Source: Klebsormidium nitens
Lineage: Eukaryota; Plantae; Klebsormidiophyceae
Reading direction: 5' to 3'
Assembly: GCA_000708835.1 (NCBI GenBank)
Contig: DF237311.1
Coordinates: forward strand, 28,417 to 92,416
DNA length: 64,000 bases
The notes below the pieces were generated by a model, which saw nothing but the letters and a program-made list of their open reading frames with translations, was not told the DNA's origin and searched no databases. The position numbers and the translations under genes are program-made. Numbering within the stretch: the first letter of the stretch is position 1; each line of letters starts with the position of its first letter. Positions 58,801 to 64,000 of this stretch are shown here, one piece after another.

Positions 58801-60645
58801 ACCCGCCACCGCCACCTCGCAACCCCGCTTTTCGTTTAACATTATTATAGCGCCGCCGCTCGAGTTTTTTCTCTGCAGTCTCCGTCACCTTTTCCAGTGC
58901 AATAGCTGGACTCATAGCGTCCCGCTTTCTTCAGCCAATCCATCCGTTCCGGTCCCCAGAACTCCGGGTCCTGATTTTATCTGCAGCTGTCTGAGTCCCT
59001 CCCAATCTTTTAACAACCTCAGCGTTCCTAATCTGACGCGTCAGCGCACGACCCTGGGAACTTTCTTCGCTGCTTCTTGGGCGAGAGCCCACGACTGGAA
59101 TCCAATTCCCCCTGTCCTAGAGTGGATTTCTATTAGCACCCTTGAGAGCCACAGCCCCATCCACAGCGGTCGGATAAGGGCCCCTCGTTTTCGCTCACCT
59201 TTTACCATGTACAAGAATCCTTCAAAGTCCTCTCAGAAGTCGGATGAGAAGCTTTCTGGGAATGCAAATCACAAAGAGGTGACTGTTCGTACAGGTCGGG
59301 AAGATCCTAGGACGTACTGTCGGTACTTTCAAAAGCACTGCTGGTTGGGCCCATCATGACGGCATGCATTTCGAAACGGATGGATGCATCGAAGGGAGAG
59401 AATACGAATCCGCGAACCCAGATTCACATGTGGGCGCGCTCGGCTTCGCAACGCTGCATCATGTATCCGGGCGCGTCTGTAGATTCTATTGGAGGCATTT
59501 ATTGATCTGTAAATGGCTGGCTTTGTTGCAGACGTATTCTAGGTTCGCTCGATGCAAGCGGCGACCAAAATGGTGTTACAGATCCTCTCACGCATGTGAA
59601 AAACCTTTAGTACGAACCAGGTCCGAACAAGGTTCGAAAATGATGAGACCAAGTTGAGATTGATTTTAAGCTCGATGCTGATATGCTGACAATCTGGGAC
59701 TGATTGGATCTTGCTCCGAGATGGTGCAGACTCAATCCTAACTTGTCTGGGCTGTCCGTAGCTGAAGCCGTGCAAGCGGCTTGATTGATATGCGGCTTTT
59801 ATCCCAACAGCATGCGTGAACTTAAAAAATCGAGATTTCCTGATTTTATTGAGCTCTAGTATTGAATTTGTCAGTACAAACGCTATCTTGAGAGGCGTCT
59901 GCAATTGACCATGGCAAGCCCCCTGACAATTGCTTTGAGTCTCACTGGCAGCGTCGAGTCTAAGATTCGTCCTGTGGGCCTGGCATGCAAGTCGTGCGCA
60001 ATACACGTCACGCATCCGTCGCTGGTGGGCGCTGTACGTCAGCAGAATAAGAAAAGTTACTGCGTAAATTACTGATCGTGTAAGGTCTCGTGAAATTTTT
60101 TGACACTGCGTAATTCAAGTCTTCAGGGTTGTTGGCCGCAAGCAGGTTTACAAATAGCTGCTCGTTTTACAGTTCACAAACGTAGCACTCAGCCCGTTTG
60201 CGGCTGGCCAGGCAAACCCCCAGATATATGCATTATGTCCCGCTGGCAGCGTCAGATAGCTTACGCTGTCCTTTGAGCCGCCACTCAACTCGAGCTCATT
60301 CCATGCACATGTATGTCAGCATTTTCTTGAGTTCCGAACGTCGAAAGCGAATCGTCTTCAACAGAGAATTAAGGAACTACAAAGGATTTTATCGACAACG
60401 AATCACACAGAACATCATGATCAAAGCGGTTCAATTCGTGCAGAAGGGAGCTGATCGTAGTCAAGTGCAGCAATCAAATTCGGGATTGTTCGGCGCAGCT
60501 TGTATGAAAGACTAAATATTTTAGAATCATAGCAGCAATAGCCTAGGCACTAATTTAACGCCCGGGTGCTCAGCATCTACGACAAGCACAAGCGTCTCTC
60601 ATTCGGAATATCCCTAGCTCCTGAGAATTGAATTATACCAGAGTT

Positions 60646-62595
60646 TTACTTGTTTACAACGCGGACCTCATATACATAACCAAGGACGTAGGGGTACTCT
60701 GCAATGTCCCACTTGGTAGCAAATTTTACAACCTGTGTGTCCGTTTCTGCTCGGACAGTCATTCTTAGGCTCCACGTGTCCTTCGGGTAAGTCGTTCGCA
60801 TCTCCCACGAAACGTCGAACACCTGGTTCGGATCGAGCAAAGAGAACAGTGAGCTTAAGCATTCAATTTCGGATGGTCGTATTCTGCAGAAGCTGAACAA
60901 TGCTCTAAGCATTCAAAACTAATTGTAGAACTTCTGGAACCTGCTTGATGGGATTGCGCGCCATGCTCAGATGAAAGCAACAAAGTCAAACGGAGCGAGA
61001 CGAATGCGGCAGATGCGCATTCAAGCTGCAGCAAACCAAACCATGAGAACTGCTCCGCGTCGAATTGCCGTGGCATTGGAACCCCTAAGTTCAGGACGCC
61101 TAATGTACTTTGTGGCATCGTGTGCTTCGGTTAACATGGAGATGGCGCCACAAATAGCGCGGCAGACTCGTTCTAAGAAAACCTGAATTGTTGAAAGGGC
61201 AATTCATCGCCAGTGCCTCATATTGACACAACGGCAAACGAAATTGGCCGTTGGTGACGCCACTAATTCGCCTATTGACAGAAGATGCAAAACATATCCT
61301 CACTTCGCATTCTTGATCAGTTCTGGTCCCAGAATTGTACCAAAGTACCAGAAACGCGCACTCCTTACCCCGACGGCTGGACTGGGCCGATTGCCGAAGT
61401 GCAAGGCGAACCACCCCGCCACCGCCTGGGCCCCCGTGATGGTCTGCCCCGCTTCGTCCTTCAGCGTGACGTCAGACCTGATGTAGGGCGTGGCAGCATC
61501 CGGATTTCCGCCGGCGATTGCCGCCAAAAACCCTTTCACTTGCTGGTAGCAGCTCAGAAGGATGGCGCCGTTCAGCTGAAAGGTGGGCTCCATTGTGAGC
61601 TCGAACACTTCCGTCCGCGTCTCTCCCGTTCCGTCTCCTGCAGCGGAAACAAAAACAACACACGGCTGTCAAAAGGCCAATCTTGCTACAACAAGAAAAG
61701 GAGGTACTGAAGCCTTACAGGACCGAGTAATGAGTTTTAGGAGGTAGTCTACAATCCATGATAAAGTTAACTGACTAGTACGAACTTCAGATTGCAAACA
61801 AGCCAGTATCAGAGCACTGAACCGCACGAACAGCTCCAAAAACGACGCACCGCAGTGTTGCGCGGACAGTCGCTTTTGCACACTGTTTCTGCGTCTCCAT
61901 TGACGACTGGATTTGCAAGGATGCTTCAAGTTCGTTGAGGGTCAGTGAAAGCTCGTAGGTGACTTCGATCAAACGGATGATCTACTCTATTCGTACTAGC
62001 GAGGCGTCAGAAAGCCCGAACAAATCTTGCAGTTCCCGGCCACTGCAAGCATCAAATATAAGGTTGGAATGAGCATAGCACTGGAGCTGAACATGAGACT
62101 TCAACAAGCTCTCCAAGAGCTTTGGAAGATATGTGGACTTCATTGAGCTCGAGCTCATTCTAGCGCTTGCACTGCACCATGAAGAGCAATCTTTCATTTT
62201 TGTCAAAGAAAAAGGGCGTCAGATATAGCAAACAGCTGAACGGCCTTACCTGGAAGAATGTCTCCTCGCACCTCGGCCAATTGGTACGTCTTGGCACACC
62301 GTGTAGCTCCTGTCCCGGTCGTGAAAGGCCCCTGTGGCAAGAATCCAGTTTCTACGGGGCAAGTGTGATAGTCCGGCACATGACTGACGCTGCCAGCAGA
62401 CGGAGCGTCTGCCAAGACCTGGACGCCGGGTCTCGCAGTGGGGCTGGCAGTCCCAAACATCAATGACGCGGGTTTTTGCGGGGAGCTGACTGGAGCGGTT
62501 TGGAACTGCTGCAGCGTGCGCGCAGCGGACGTGGGCGAGGCGAGCGCGATGAGGACAGCGACGGCCAGCGTGAGAAATGCCATTGCCTTCTTCAT
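60646..62595 (-). CDS. Secreted protein with Pro/Thr-rich linker, 2-Cys segment and NTF2/SnoaL-like domain, copy 2 (intact, 263 aa); exons 62595-62250, 61637-61369, 60822-60646
   Basis: MKKAMAFLTLAVAVLIALASPTSA|ARTLQ signal. GTAAG donors and cAG acceptors are in phase. The core VKGFLAAIAGGNPDAATPYIRSDVTLKDEAGQTITGAQAVAGWFALHFG plus four strand-like segments fits the SnoaL/NTF2 pattern. Confidence 0.8.
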
Positions 62596-64000
62596 GTTTG
62601 TTCGGGTGTGCAAAGGGAGCAGGCTTTCTAGTCTGGCCAGGGTGCAGAGACTGGCAGGAAGCGTGGAAGCTGAACCAAATGATTTGCAAATTGGGGTCGT
62701 GGCTGCTGGCTATAGCAAGTGTGTTGATGCCTTTAGAGAGTAGTGCGCGCGGCTGGGAGCTGCTTGAAAGAAGAAAAGCCTGGAGGCAATTTGCATGCTT
62801 GTTGATGCATCTGTAGGGTTCCAGTTCTCTGAAAGTCGTGAGAGAGGATGGATCAGCTGAGAGCTTGGTGGTACGATGGAAGTTTGTGAGAGAAAGGATT
62901 GCGTCCCAGGCATATGTAGGAGGAAGTTCATTAGTCCTCTGTGCATATGGCTGGCAAAGCACACAATGCAGTGGTACAACTTCAAGTTCTGTACTCGAAC
63001 ATCTCCAATGAGCTAGCACAGATGATTGACCTCCAAAGCTGATCACTTTCGGGGCTAAGATTATACAGTGTTGTAAGTGCGAGGAAGCCTCACTCTGTAC
63101 GGATGAATCAAAGCAACTCATGATTGTGCTTCATGTCCCTGAAAACTTCACCTATTAAAGCTCATGTGTTTATTATATAAATGTATAGATTGCCGCTTCA
63201 CGTTGACATGAGCTGCACCAGTAGCCTGAGCTCAGAAATATATTGATGGCGGGCCCCGGTCTGGCATTTTCCCAAGCTTTCAACGGCAGGAGATGTTAAG
63301 CTACTCCATAATTTGAATGTGTGTCCGAATCTCTACCGCACTACCGCACGGAGTCTGGACCTTTCTCGGGCCCCTTTTAACATCGCACCCAAGATTTTGC
63401 TTTCGACGAAGTGTGTTCGATAGCTACCAGAAAGGCAGGGAGTATGCTATATCGTCGACTTTCGTACAATTCGGATAATGAATTGCAGACTGGCCGGGCA
63501 ACACACTGTGGCATGGCCGAGTCGGCCTCGGAGTCCGGACCTTCCGAGAAAGTGCCCGGTAGCAGCTGTAACCCTGCAACCGTCAGTCGCGTGATGAAAG
63601 TTGGAGCCCGGTTAGGACCGGCCTTGCGGGTGTACCGTATACAGCCGCCGCCGGCCGATCGGAGCCGTTGACTTGGTCAAACAGTACGTACCGTATCAAT
63701 CATGCAGAAAATCATTGCGTGCAGCCAACTGCGGAGCCTGTGCTTACTGTAGATAGTTGAAGGCCGCGTTTGACCACTCTCTTCTGAGTAGCTGCAAGCC
63801 GCTGTGGCTTCAGAGAACGTAGGCAGACTTAATCTTCAGCTACAAGCAGAATCAGAATCAGCTGTTGTTCAACCATACTAGCTGTCAGACGGAGCAACAC
63901 AGCTGACAAATCTGACGAATTAGGCTTGAGCTAGCTCGGACCACTTCGAATTCACTTGATCCTAAGTTGGAGGTCAACGGACGGCGCTATTGCTCGCTGG

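Noticed and set aside
1-64000. rRNA, tRNA, LTR/LINE retroelements, prokaryotic operons or viral (NCLDV) hallmark genes
   Set aside because: No recognisable RNA-gene signatures, RT/integrase motifs, long direct terminal repeats or viral core-gene motifs; genes show spliceosomal introns.

Overview
Eukaryotic, intron-rich, moderately GC-rich genomic DNA. GTGCGC/GTAAG donors, (GC)n-rich islands and a plant-type HAKAI gene suggest a streptophyte green alga such as Klebsormidium (inference, not verified). No rRNA, tRNA or CRISPR array was seen. (1) A complete 22,167-bp CACTA/EnSpm-type DNA transposon (5772-27938) has perfect 26-bp CACAG-initiated TIRs, a 3-bp GTG target-site duplication and TGCCCGG subterminal arrays. 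It carries a spliced ~1290-aa transposase and cargo genes with SAM-like and tandem PHD-like modules. (2) An accessory cluster interleaves two uncharacterised families. Family B has seven copies of an intronless, internally duplicated 'LPDP' membrane glycoprotein: two intact, five broken, two of them by lesions resembling CACTA excision footprints. Family A has four copies of a soluble domain with 'ISS-LYRL...H-TG...CPHxYDG' motifs. At least one locus fuses a family-B ectodomain+TM in frame to a family-A gene, giving a receptor-like chimera. (3) The right end holds a HAKAI/CBLL1-like RING gene and an inverted pair of three-exon genes for a secreted protein with an NTF2/SnoaL-like domain. All exon structures were hand-derived from GT-AG sites and reading-frame phase; no database searches were run.
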